DNA of 64,000 nucleotides from Gammaproteobacteria bacterium (GCA_004213955.1 SGZL01000001.1:111552-175551), one strand, 5' to 3'; positions 48,804-57,851 are shown, counted from the first letter of the stretch. The notes: generated by a model from the sequence alone, not told the origin. Translations and numbers: made by a program.

Positions 48804-50809
48804 TAGGCTACTTCTTTTACTTTAATTTTGTTATTAAGAGTGTGGCCTTCAATATATTTATGCTTCTTCATATCCCATGCTCCAGTAGGACACCTTTCTG
48901 CACAGAGCCCGCAGTGAACGCACATGTCTTCGTCCTTAACCATCCTCCTTTTTGTTTTTAACTCACCTGAGACATAAAGACTTTGATCTAAATTAAGAGC
49001 AGGAACTCTAAGTTTTCCTCTGATTTCTTGCTCAGTATCATTATCTATAAAGTTTATGCAATCAGTGGGACAAATATCGACACAAGCATCACATTCAATG
49101 CATAAATCCTCTTCGAAAACAGTTTGCATGTCACAGTTAAGGCACCTTTGAGCTTCTTCTAAGGCCAGTTTTTCATCAAAGCCCAGTTCTACCTCCATTT
49201 TCAAGTCATCTAAAGCTTTCGATAGGTCAGCATGAGGAACTTCAAACCTTTTAGCTTGAGATATATCGTTATCGTAGGACCATTCATGTATCCCCATTTT
49301 TTGACTTACCAAATTTGTAATAGGGTCAGGTCTTAAATTTAAGTCTACATTTGAACAAAAGTTATCAATAGAAATTGCTGCTTGATGACCATGAGATACT
49401 GCCCAGATTATATTTTCAGGACCCCAAGCTGCATCGCCTCCAAAGAAAACTTTAGGATGAGAGGATTGCATAGTTGTTTTATCAACAATGGGCATGTCCC
49501 ATTCTCCAAACTCAATCCCAATATCTTTTCTGATCCAAGGGAATGCGTTGTCTTGACCAATAGCAAGAAGCACGTCATCACATTCGTAGACGACTTCTTC
49601 TCCACTTGGAACAAGTTTTGAAGAGCCATCAATGTCTTTCATAATCATTTTGTCGAATTTCATTCCACAAAGTTTTCCTTTTTCATCTAAAAGAAATTCT
49701 TTGGGACTTGTATTATCGAGAATCGGAATACCTTCTTCCATAGCTTCTTCAATCTCCCAATCTGAAGCTTTCATTTTGTTAAAAGGACTTCTAACTGTAA
49801 CTTTTACTTCCTTAGCTCCAAGTCTGACAGCTGAACGGCAACAATCCATTGCAGTATTACCTCCCCCAATCACAAGAACTTTCTTCCCTATTTCTTTGGT
49901 ATGCTCAAAAGCAATACTTGTTAGCCAATCGATACCAATATGAATATTTTCTTTTGCTTCCTCTCTTCCAGGAAGGTTTAAATCTTTACCTTTAGGAGCT
50001 CCAGAACCTATAAAAACTGCATCAAAATCTTTTATTAAAGGCTCAAGATCTTCAATATAAGAGTTCGTTTTTAAATCAGCTCCCATTTTAATAATCCTAT
50101 AAACCTCTTCATCTAAAACAGACTCTGGAAGTCTGAAAGAGGGTATGTTAGTTCTCATTAAACCCCCAGGCTTAGAGTCTTTTTCAAAAATTGTGCAATC
50201 GTATCCCAGAGGAAGCAGGTCTCTAGCAACAGTTAATGATGCTGGACCGCCTCCAATCAAAGCAATCTTCATTCCATTTTTAACTTTAGGAGTTTCAGGG
50301 ATTAAATCTTCTATATCACCTTTATTGTCATAGGTGACTCTTTTGAGTCTACATATTGCAACTGGTTTATCATGTGTTCTTGTTCTTCTGCAGGCGGGTT
50401 CGCAAGGTCGGTCGCAAGTCCTCCCCAAAATTCCTGGGAAAACATTAGACTCCCAATTAAGCATGTAAGCATCTGTATATTTTTTTTGAGCTATCAATCT
50501 AATATATTCAGGAACATTCGTATGAGCAGGGCAAGCATACTGACAATCTACTACTTTATGAAAATACTGAGGATCTGAAATATCTGTCTTTTTAAGAAAA
50601 TCTTTTGTTGATTTATCTTCTGCATTAGAACCTAGGAACTTTGATTTAAGGTCTGAAACAATGCTGTCTCTCATCAACAGGGCTTTATCTAGATCTTTTT
50701 CACCTGTGCTTTGTCTTAAATCAAAGCCAAACTGTTCTCTAAATTTAGAAGGTACAGCAACTTTTACCCACCATACGCTGTTCCTTTTGAACAAATATTT
50801 CTTATCCAT
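48803..50809 (-). CDS. GltD/NfnB-like NAD(P)H:FAD oxidoreductase fused to a C-terminal 2x[4Fe-4S] ferredoxin domain, with a non-homologous ~80-aa N-terminal extension
   Basis: GRTCDRPCEPACRR Fe-S motif. Dinucleotide motifs IALIGGGPASL and VLVIGGGNTAMDC. C-terminal CIECDACVDICP and CVHCGLCAERCP. First gene of the korAB operon. Confidence 0.8.
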   Translation of the reverse strand: MDKKYLFKRNSVWWVKVAVPSKFREQFGFDLRQSTGEKDLDKALLMRDSIVSDLKSKFLGSNAEDKSTKDFLKKTDISDPQYFHKVVDCQYACPAHTNVPEYIRLIAQKKYTDAYMLNWESNVFPGILGRTCDRPCEPACRRTRTHDKPVAICRLKRVTYDNKGDIEDLIPETPKVKNGMKIALIGGGPASLTVARDLLPLGYDCTIFEKDSKPGGLMRTNIPSFRLPESVLDEEVYRIIKMGADLKTNSYIEDLEPLIKDFDAVFIGSGAPKGKDLNLPGREEAKENIHIGIDWLTSIAFEHTKEIGKKVLVIGGGNTAMDCCRSAVRLGAKEVKVTVRSPFNKMKASDWEIEEAMEEGIPILDNTSPKEFLLDEKGKLCGMKFDKMIMKDIDGSSKLVPSGEEVVYECDDVLLAIGQDNAFPWIRKDIGIEFGEWDMPIVDKTTMQSSHPKVFFGGDAAWGPENIIWAVSHGHQAAISIDNFCSNVDLNLRPDPITNLVSQKMGIHEWSYDNDISQAKRFEVPHADLSKALDDLKMEVELGFDEKLALEEAQRCLNCDMQTVFEEDLCIECDACVDICPTDCINFIDNDTEQEIRGKLRVPALNLDQSLYVSGELKTKRRMVKDEDMCVHCGLCAERCPTGAWDMKKHKYIEGHTLNNKIKVKEVA

Positions 50810-50829
50810 AATTTTTAAATAATTATAAG

Positions 50830-51001
50830 TGTACCTTAAAATGCAGTTTTATTTATTGATTATATACTCAAAAATCCTATCAAATCAATAAATTTATAGT
50901 AATCTGGTACATTGATTAAAAAAAGAAAATAAAAAACTTACTGTACCTTAATTCGATGATATAATAAGGTTATTATTTTAATCGTTATATCTGTACCTTA
51001 A
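50830..51001 (+). repeat. Three direct copies of TGTACCTTAA in the divergent kor/isc intergenic region
   Basis: Copies at 50830-50839, 50942-50951 and 50992-51001. The last two share the 11-mer CTGTACCTTAA and are exactly 50 bp apart. Confidence 0.85.
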
Positions 51002-51036
51002 CTTGTATTTAACATTTTAAACAACATAATAAACAC

Positions 51037-52242
51037 ATGAAACCTCTGTATTTTGATTACGCATCCACAACTCCTGTTGATACTAGAGTCATTGACAAGA
51101 TGAAAGATTGCCTTTCTTTAGATGGTAACTTTGGTAACCCAGGCTCTAGGTCTCATGCATTTGGTTGGCAAGCAGAAGAACTTGTTGAAGAAGCCAGAAT
51201 TAATGTATCCAATCTTTTAAACTGTGATCCAAGGGAAATCATCTGGACCTCAGGAGCAACAGAATCTGATAATTTAGCCATTAAAGGAGCTGCTAATTTT
51301 TATAAAGAAAAAGGAAAACATATTATTACTTCCAAAATAGAACACAAAGCTGTATTGGATACTTGTAGACAATTAGAAAGTGAAGGTTTTGAAATAACCT
51401 ATTTAGATCCGGATGAGAACGGAAAAATTTCAATTAAATCTCTTGAAGATAACATTAGGAAAGACACAACACTTGTTTCTTTAATGCATATTAATAACGA
51501 AATTGGTGTCATTAATGACATAGAAAAAATAGGAAATTTATGTAGAGAAAACGGAGTAATTTTCCACGTAGATGCTGCACAAAGCGCTGGGAAAATTAAT
51601 ATTGATTTATCTAATTTAAAAGTTGATTTGATGTCTTTTTCAGCTCACAAAATTTACGGTCCAAAGGGTATTGGTGCTTTATTCGTCAGAAGAAGGCCAA
51701 GGATCAGACTACAACCTCTTTTTCATGGCGGAGGTCAAGAAAGAGGTATTAGAGCTGGAACTTTACCTACACATCAAATTGTTGGAATGGGTGAAGCTTT
51801 TAAAGTAGCCATGAACGAAATGACTAACGATCATGAAAAAATTTCATCTCATAGAGACACGTTGTGGAAAGGTCTTAATGATATGGAAGAAATATATGTT
51901 AATGGTTCAGTCGATACAGGATATCCAGGAATTTTTAACCTTTCTTTCAATTATGTAGAAGGAGAATCCTTAATCATGGCTCTAAAAAATATTGCTGTTT
52001 CTTCAGGTTCGGCTTGCACTTCTGCTAGTCTAGAACCTTCCTATGTTTTAAGAGCACTTGGAAGACCTGATGAACTGGCCCATAGTTCAATAAGATTTTC
52101 ATTTGGAAGATTTACAACTAAAGATGAAGTTGATTCAACTGTAGATTTAGTAAAAAACTCTGTTGCGCAATTACGAGAGATTTCTCCTCTATGGGAAATG
52201 TATCAAGATGGCGTAGATTTAGATAAAATAGAGTGGGCTTAA
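51037..52242 (+). CDS. iscS: Cysteine desulfurase IscS
   Basis: PLP-lysine motif [12 protein letters not shown]. Active-site SSGSACTS. 401 aa. Confidence 0.96.
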   Translation: MKPLYFDYASTTPVDTRVIDKMKDCLSLDGNFGNPGSRSHAFGWQAEELVEEARINVSNLLNCDPREIIWTSGATESDNLAIKGAANFYKEKGKHIITSKIEHKAVLDTCRQLESEGFEITYLDPDENGKISIKSLEDNIRKDTTLVSLMHINNEIGVINDIEKIGNLCRENGVIFHVDAAQSAGKINIDLSNLKVDLMSFSAHKIYGPKGIGALFVRRRPRIRLQPLFHGGGQERGIRAGTLPTHQIVGMGEAFKVAMNEMTNDHEKISSHRDTLWKGLNDMEEIYVNGSVDTGYPGIFNLSFNYVEGESLIMALKNIAVSSGSACTSASLEPSYVLRALGRPDELAHSSIRFSFGRFTTKDEVDSTVDLVKNSVAQLREISPLWEMYQDGVDLDKIEWA

Positions 52243-52267
52243 ACAAGTTTTTAATGGTGAGGTAATT

Positions 52268-52690
52268 ATGGCTTATTCCCAAAAAGTAGTAGATAAGTTT
52301 GAAAAAACTTTAAAGAATCCAGAGGAAGCCAGCGTTGGTCGTTGGAAGCCTGGAGATAAAGATTTTCATAGAGTGGGTACTGGAATAGTTGGCGCACCTG
52401 CGTGTGGTGATGTGATGAAATTGCAAATCAAATGTGAAAATATTGATGACAAAAATGTAATAGTTGATGCTAAATTTAAAACTTACGGTTGTGGGTCGGC
52501 AATAGCTTCAAGTGGACAATTAATTGATATGCTCAGAGGAAAAACAATTGAAGAGGCGCAAAAAATTTCAAATCAAGAAATAGTGGATATTTTAGAACTA
52601 CCGGCAATTAAAATTCATTGTAGCGTGCTTGCCGAAGAGGCAATTCATAGAGCTATAGATGACTTTAAGAGTCGAAGAAATAATGATTAA
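52268..52690 (+). CDS. iscU: Fe-S cluster scaffold IscU
   Basis: GAPACGDVMKL, KTYGCGSAIASS and IHCSVLAEEA motifs. The LPPVK motif reads LPAIK (52598-52612). Confidence 0.95.
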   Translation: MAYSQKVVDKFEKTLKNPEEASVGRWKPGDKDFHRVGTGIVGAPACGDVMKLQIKCENIDDKNVIVDAKFKTYGCGSAIASSGQLIDMLRGKTIEEAQKISNQEIVDILELPAIKIHCSVLAEEAIHRAIDDFKSRRNND

Positions 52691-53418
52691 TGCCCAAAAT
52701 AAAAATTTTACCTCATGATGAACTATGCCCTAATGGTGCTGAGATTGAAGCAACCGTTGGTATGTCAGTATGCGAAAATCTTCTCAATAACTCAATAGAC
52801 ATTGAACATGCCTGCGAGCTTTCTTGTGCTTGCACTACCTGTCACGTCATTTTTAAAGAAGGTTTTGACTCTTTAAATGAATCTACCGATGATGAAGAGG
52901 ATCTTCTTGATAAAGCTTGGGGTCTTGAACCTAAATCAAGATTAAGTTGTCAAACTATTGTCGATAAAAGTGACCTTACTATTGAAATTCCAAAATATAC
53001 AATTAATATGGTTTCTGAAATTCACCCAAAAAAAGAAAATAAGGCCGCTCAAATGGAAAAAAAACTAAACAAACAAGATTTCAGTTTATCTAATAGCGCT
53101 ATGACTCATATCTCTGATCTTTTAAAAAAAAATAATTCATCTGGTGTAAGAGTCAGTGTGAAGCCTTCGGGCTGTTCTGGTTATGCTTATGATCTTTCTT
53201 TCGTTCAAAAAGCTGAAAAAGACGACTATAAGGCTAGCGTTGAAGATATAGATTTATTCATTAGTGAAGAAAGCCTTATATTTTTAAAAGGTACTGAAAT
53301 TGATTACGTTACTAAAGGGTTAAATTCTGAGTTGGTATTTAATAATCCAAACATATCTGCCAAGTGTGGTTGTGGAGAGAGTTTTAGTATTGATCAAAAT
53401 TTATTTCAAAAAGCTTAA
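52690..53418 (+). CDS. Fusion protein: ISC-type [2Fe-2S] ferredoxin (Fdx, residues ~1-108) + A-type carrier IscA (residues ~131-234)
   Basis: N-terminal half aligns with E. coli Fdx (MPKI.ILPH...EHACE.SCACTTCH...DKAWGLEP.SRLSCQ...YTIN). C-terminal half aligns with IscA (SGCSGYAY...FNNPN...CGCGESF). One uninterrupted frame with a 22-aa K/E-rich linker. Confidence 0.88.
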   Translation: MPKIKILPHDELCPNGAEIEATVGMSVCENLLNNSIDIEHACELSCACTTCHVIFKEGFDSLNESTDDEEDLLDKAWGLEPKSRLSCQTIVDKSDLTIEIPKYTINMVSEIHPKKENKAAQMEKKLNKQDFSLSNSAMTHISDLLKKNNSSGVRVSVKPSGCSGYAYDLSFVQKAEKDDYKASVEDIDLFISEESLIFLKGTEIDYVTKGLNSELVFNNPNISAKCGCGESFSIDQNLFQKA

Positions 53419-53435
53419 AATTACTTACACATCTT

Positions 53436-53630
53436 ATGAAATGGATCGATACTTACGAAATAGTAGATTTACTTATCGATAAACATCCGGAAGTTGATCC
53501 AAAAAAGATTTTATTTACGGATTTAAGAAGTTTAATTTCAAATTTAGAAGAATTTGATGACGAATTAGAAAAATGTAATGAGCGCATTTTAGAGGCTGTC
53601 CAAGCATTATGGATTGAGGAGGAAGATTAA
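53436..53630 (+). CDS. iscX: Fe-S assembly protein IscX
   Basis: 64-aa acidic protein starting MKWIDTYEI. Canonical end of the isc operon. Confidence 0.85.
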   Translation: MKWIDTYEIVDLLIDKHPEVDPKKILFTDLRSLISNLEEFDDELEKCNERILEAVQALWIEEED

Positions 53631-53633
53631 AAT

Positions 53634-54041
53634 ATGGAACAAACCCTATGCATAATAAAACCGGATGCTGTTAAAAATTTATATGTCGATGAAATTAACA
53701 AAATTATCGAAGAAAATGAATTAATAGTTTTAAAATCAAAAAAAATCAAAATTTCTAAAGAGATTGCTGAAAGTTTTTATTCTGAGCACTCTGAGAGACC
53801 TTTTTTTTCCGAATTGGTAGATTTTATGACTTCAGATTATTCAGTGGTTCAGGTTCTTCAAGGAGAAAATGCTGTCTCAAATTATAGGAAGTTAATGGGA
53901 GCAACTAATCCAAATGAAGCCAGCGAAGGTACTTTAAGAGCAAAATTTGCTGAGTCTTTATCGAAAAATGCTGTTCATGGTTCAGATTCTCTAGAGTCTG
54001 CACAAAGAGAAATTGATATAATGTCGAAAATATTCGATTAA
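53634..54041 (+). CDS. ndk: Nucleoside diphosphate kinase
   Basis: TLCIIKPDAV N-terminus. NAVHGSDS active-site His. Confidence 0.95.
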   Translation: MEQTLCIIKPDAVKNLYVDEINKIIEENELIVLKSKKIKISKEIAESFYSEHSERPFFSELVDFMTSDYSVVQVLQGENAVSNYRKLMGATNPNEASEGTLRAKFAESLSKNAVHGSDSLESAQREIDIMSKIFD

Positions 54042-54043
54042 TT

Positions 54044-54853
54044 ATGAAAACCAACTGGGTCTCTAACTTAAAAGAAGTTAGAAATTCAAAAAATTTATCT
54101 TTAGATGCATGTTCAAAGGCAATCAATATTCCTATAGATTTCCTAAGTAACCTAGAATCAGGTAGCTTCAAAAAATTACCTCCCGCTGTATTTACAAAAT
54201 TCCATATAAAAAGATATTTCGATTACTTGAACTTAGACCCCTCGGCATGTTTATCCGAATATGAAGAATTTATTTCCAATCAAGAGAAAAGAAATAGAAA
54301 AAAAGATTTAAAAGTAAAGGAAAAAAAAGCAGATAAAAATAGAAGCCTTTATAAAATCTACGCAGGAATCATCATAGTAATTATTTCTCTTGTTGTAACA
54401 CTATATTTATTTCTTAATGATTCACAAAAACTAGAAGAAACTTTGTCAGATGAAACAGATATATTTCTTGATGAGAACGACGATTTAAACGAGACCAATC
54501 CAAATTTATTTGAAGAAATTATCAATGATGCTTCTGAAGTATTAGATGAAGTTAGTTTGCAGGAAGATATAACCCTGATAGAAATTCCTTTGAAAATAAA
54601 TTTGGAGATTAAAGGGGAAAGTTGGATTGTTTTGGAAGACAAAAACGAAAGAATGCTTTATGAGCTCATGCAAACAGGATCTTATGAGTTGAGAGGTAGC
54701 CCTCCATTTAAGTTTAAAGTCGGATATTCCCCAGCTGTAGAAATTTTTATAGACGGAAATAAAATAAATTTTAATAATTTTATAAATAAAACCTCAAAGT
54801 ATGCTGCTTTCTATACAATAAATGGAAAAGATGTCGAAAAAATCAGAAATTAA
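54044..54853 (+). CDS. rodZ: Cytoskeleton protein RodZ
   Basis: N-terminal HTH, a single TM helix ([20 protein letters not shown]), and a C-terminal RodZ_C-like beta domain. Lies upstream of ispG. Confidence 0.8.
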   Translation: MKTNWVSNLKEVRNSKNLSLDACSKAINIPIDFLSNLESGSFKKLPPAVFTKFHIKRYFDYLNLDPSACLSEYEEFISNQEKRNRKKDLKVKEKKADKNRSLYKIYAGIIIVIISLVVTLYLFLNDSQKLEETLSDETDIFLDENDDLNETNPNLFEEIINDASEVLDEVSLQEDITLIEIPLKINLEIKGESWIVLEDKNERMLYELMQTGSYELRGSPPFKFKVGYSPAVEIFIDGNKINFNNFINKTSKYAAFYTINGKDVEKIRN

Positions 54854-55943
54854 AAGAAGAGTTTCAAAGAAAATATTTGTTGGTTCTGTCGGCGTTGGTG
54901 GAGATTCGCTAATTTCAGTTCAAAGTATGACAAATACAGATACTGAAAACGTTAAAGCCACCATTAAGCAAATCAATTTATTAGAAGCAGCAGGCGCAGA
55001 TATTGTTAGAGTTTCAACTCCCACACATAAATCAGTAGAAGCTTTTAAGAAAATAAAGAAATCTACTAATGTTCCATTGATAGCGGATATACATTTCGAT
55101 TATAAGATTGCTTTAGAAGTTGCTAAGGCAGGAGCCGATTGCCTTAGAATTAACCCAGGAAATATTGGGTCTGCAGATAAAGTTAATCAAGTCATAAATT
55201 CAGCAGTTGAACACAATATACCTATAAGGATTGGCGTGAATGCGGGGTCTTTAGAAAAAAAACTTCAAAAAAAATATGGTGAGCCATGTCCAGAAGCTCT
55301 AGTAGAGTCTGCACTGTCACATGTTGAAATATTAACCAAAAAAAATTTCGATAATTTTAAATTAAGCATCAAAGCATCTGATATAGATCTTATGACAGAA
55401 AGCTATAGATTAATTGCTAAAGAAATAAATCAACCTCTTCATTTAGGACTTACAGAAGCTGGGGGGCTTAGATCAGGTACCGTGAAGTCATCAATAGCGA
55501 TAAGTCAGCTTTTAAAAGAGGGTATTGGCGATACTTTGAGAGTTTCGCTTGCTTCTGACCCAGTAGACGAAATAAAAGTAGGATTCGATATTTTAAAATC
55601 CTTAAAGTTGAGAAAAAAGGGAATAAACTTTATCGCTTGCCCAAGTTGTTCGAGACAAAACTTCGATGTCATTAAAACTATGAATGAACTTGAAAGAAGA
55701 TTGGAAGACGTTAAAGAAAGTATCGACGTAGCAGTAATAGGATGTTACGTAAATGGTCCTGGAGAATCTAAAGTTGCTCATGTTGGTTTAACGGGAGCAA
55801 ACCCAAAAAGTCTTATTTATGTAGATGGAATGCCTGATAAAAAAATCAGTAATGACGAAATTGTAGATCAAATTGAACAAAGAGTAAGATCTAAGGTTAA
55901 GGAGTTATCTACAAAAAAAGAGAAATTGATTGCAAGTTCTTAA
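54822..55943 (+). CDS. ispG: 4-hydroxy-3-methylbut-2-enyl diphosphate synthase
   Basis: RINPGNIG motif. CPSCSR and GCYVNGPGE cluster cysteines. The start could also be the ATG at 54831. Confidence 0.94.
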   Translation: MEKMSKKSEIKRRVSKKIFVGSVGVGGDSLISVQSMTNTDTENVKATIKQINLLEAAGADIVRVSTPTHKSVEAFKKIKKSTNVPLIADIHFDYKIALEVAKAGADCLRINPGNIGSADKVNQVINSAVEHNIPIRIGVNAGSLEKKLQKKYGEPCPEALVESALSHVEILTKKNFDNFKLSIKASDIDLMTESYRLIAKEINQPLHLGLTEAGGLRSGTVKSSIAISQLLKEGIGDTLRVSLASDPVDEIKVGFDILKSLKLRKKGINFIACPSCSRQNFDVIKTMNELERRLEDVKESIDVAVIGCYVNGPGESKVAHVGLTGANPKSLIYVDGMPDKKISNDEIVDQIEQRVRSKVKELSTKKEKLIASS

Positions 55944-55945
55944 CT

Positions 55946-57214
55946 ATGGAAAAAATTCAAAAGATTAGGGGAGCCCACCAAATTGATCCAAATGATAGCC
56001 AAACCTGGAGCAAATTAACAAGAGAAATAACTGAAATATTTGAATCCTTTTCGTATCAAGAAATTAGATTGCCAATCATAGAAAATACCAACTTATTCCA
56101 AAGATCGGTTGGGGAAGGATCTGATATTGTCAATAAAGAAATGTTCACTTTTGAAAGTAAAAGTGGAAAATCTTTAACCTTGAGACCTGAAGGAACAGCA
56201 GGTTGTTTGAGGGCTTCAATAGAAATGGGATTAACCGATCAAGGTCCGATAAGACTTTTCTATCATGGACCAATGTATAGATACGAAAGGCCACAAAAAG
56301 GCAGAAATAGAGAGTTTTATCAACTAAGCGTCGAAGCTTATGGATTTGACAGTATAAATCTAGATCTTGAAATGATTTTTATGTCTCATAAAATTTTTAA
56401 TTTTTTGAAATTAAAAGATTATTCTTTAGAAATTAATTCTTTAGGTTCAAAAGAAACTCAAAATAATTTTTCAAAAGCTTTCAAAGAATATTTGAGACCA
56501 ATTAAAGATCAGCTGGACCCCGACAGCCAGATCAGAATAGATTCAAATACTTTGAGAATTTTGGACTCAAAGAATTCTGAAACTCAAAGAATTTTAAAGA
56601 ATGGACCAAAAATTTCTGAATTTATGGATCAAAAAAGTATTAAAGACTTTGATTTGCTTAAATCAAATCTAGATGAAATGAAAATTCCCTACAAAGTAAA
56701 TCAGAACTTAGTTAGAGGCTTAGACTATTACAACGATGTGGTTTATGAATGGAAATCAGAAGCTTTAGGCAGTCAAAATACTTTTTGTGCGGGAGGAAGA
56801 TATGATTCTCTATCTAAAAATTTAGGGGGAAGAGATGTTTCAGCTGCAGGGTTTTCCATTGGATTAGACAGACTAATCATTTCTTTACCTAATCATGAAA
56901 GGGTTAAACCAAAAAAAAGATTAATTGTGATTATTTTAGAAAATAGCCTTTTTCAAGCAGGCCTAAAGATAGCTGAAACAATAAGAAATAATATAGAAGA
57001 ATTAGTTGTGAGATTTGATGGATCTAAATCAAATCTTAAATCGCAATTAAAAAAAGCGATTAAGGAAAACTATGATTTTGCGTTAATTTTAGGGAATGAA
57101 GAAATTAAAAAAGGAGTTTTCTCATTTAAAAATTTAAAAAAAGATGACAATCAATTGTCTTTGACAGAAAGTGAAGTTATAAAGTCCGTTTCTGAGGTAA
57201 TTGATAATGAATAA
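55946..57214 (+). CDS. hisS: Histidine--tRNA ligase
   Basis: Class II motifs (LRPEGTA, YRYERPQKGRNREF, GGRYD). 422 aa. Confidence 0.94.
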   Translation: MEKIQKIRGAHQIDPNDSQTWSKLTREITEIFESFSYQEIRLPIIENTNLFQRSVGEGSDIVNKEMFTFESKSGKSLTLRPEGTAGCLRASIEMGLTDQGPIRLFYHGPMYRYERPQKGRNREFYQLSVEAYGFDSINLDLEMIFMSHKIFNFLKLKDYSLEINSLGSKETQNNFSKAFKEYLRPIKDQLDPDSQIRIDSNTLRILDSKNSETQRILKNGPKISEFMDQKSIKDFDLLKSNLDEMKIPYKVNQNLVRGLDYYNDVVYEWKSEALGSQNTFCAGGRYDSLSKNLGGRDVSAAGFSIGLDRLIISLPNHERVKPKKRLIVIILENSLFQAGLKIAETIRNNIEELVVRFDGSKSNLKSQLKKAIKENYDFALILGNEEIKKGVFSFKNLKKDDNQLSLTESEVIKSVSEVIDNE

Positions 57215-57851
57215 TCTGAATTTTGAAATGCTTCTTGAGTTTTTCAAGAAGAATTATCTGTATCTAATTTTTGGACTAATTTTGGTAATGTCTGGAATTG
57301 CTTCTTATTTTTTTTACATTACAAGCATAAAAGAAAAAATTTATTCCTCTCAAGAAGCTTATGAAAATTTTTTAAGTGAGTTAGCTTTATTTGATGGGTT
57401 AGAGTTTACTGAACTAGAAGCTAAACTTGAAGAAGTAAAAAATGCTTACGACCAGTCAATTTACTATCACTTAGCAAATTTTCATCAAGCAAAAATATAC
57501 TTTGAAAATGGCCAAGAGTTAAAAGCTATGAGTTTGATGGAACAACTAAATGCAGATTTGGAACAAGATAAATCATCTAGGAGTTTTCTGAGAGATATCT
57601 CAAGAATTAGGCTTGCTTCTATTTATATTGATTTTGATAGATTTGAAGACGCAAAAGAACTTCTAGATAGAAATTTTGATTTTTTTGATTCTCTAAAACT
57701 AGAAAAGTTAGGAGATATAGAAAAAGTTAAATTCAATAATGAAGGCGCAAAAAATTATTATAAACTAGCTATTGAGACATCACAGAATCAAACACAAATA
57801 AATTTATTAAATTTTAAACTTTCCAGCTTAGCTTCTTCAAATGATGAATAA
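57201..57851 (+). CDS. yfgM: YfgM-like membrane-anchored TPR protein
   Basis: N-terminal TM anchor with helical-repeat periplasmic part. hisS-yfgM-bamB-der synteny. Confidence 0.7.
   Translation: MIMNNLNFEMLLEFFKKNYLYLIFGLILVMSGIASYFFYITSIKEKIYSSQEAYENFLSELALFDGLEFTELEAKLEEVKNAYDQSIYYHLANFHQAKIYFENGQELKAMSLMEQLNADLEQDKSSRSFLRDISRIRLASIYIDFDRFEDAKELLDRNFDFFDSLKLEKLGDIEKVKFNNEGAKNYYKLAIETSQNQTQINLLNFKLSSLASSNDE

Noticed and set aside
50953-50982. Fur-box-like AT-rich stretch (GATGATATAATAAGGTTATTATTTTAAT) between repeat copies 2 and 3 upstream of iscS
   Set aside because: Position-by-position comparison with GATAATGATAATCATTATC gives a poor match. nATwAT hexamers are expected by chance in DNA this AT-rich.
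52690-53418. Possibility that the Fdx-IscA 'fusion' is two genes split by an overlooked stop or frameshift, or is a pseudogene
   Set aside because: The frame is continuous across the linker in the given sequence. Both halves retain all cluster-ligand cysteines. It is treated as a genuine fusion, pending read-level confirmation.
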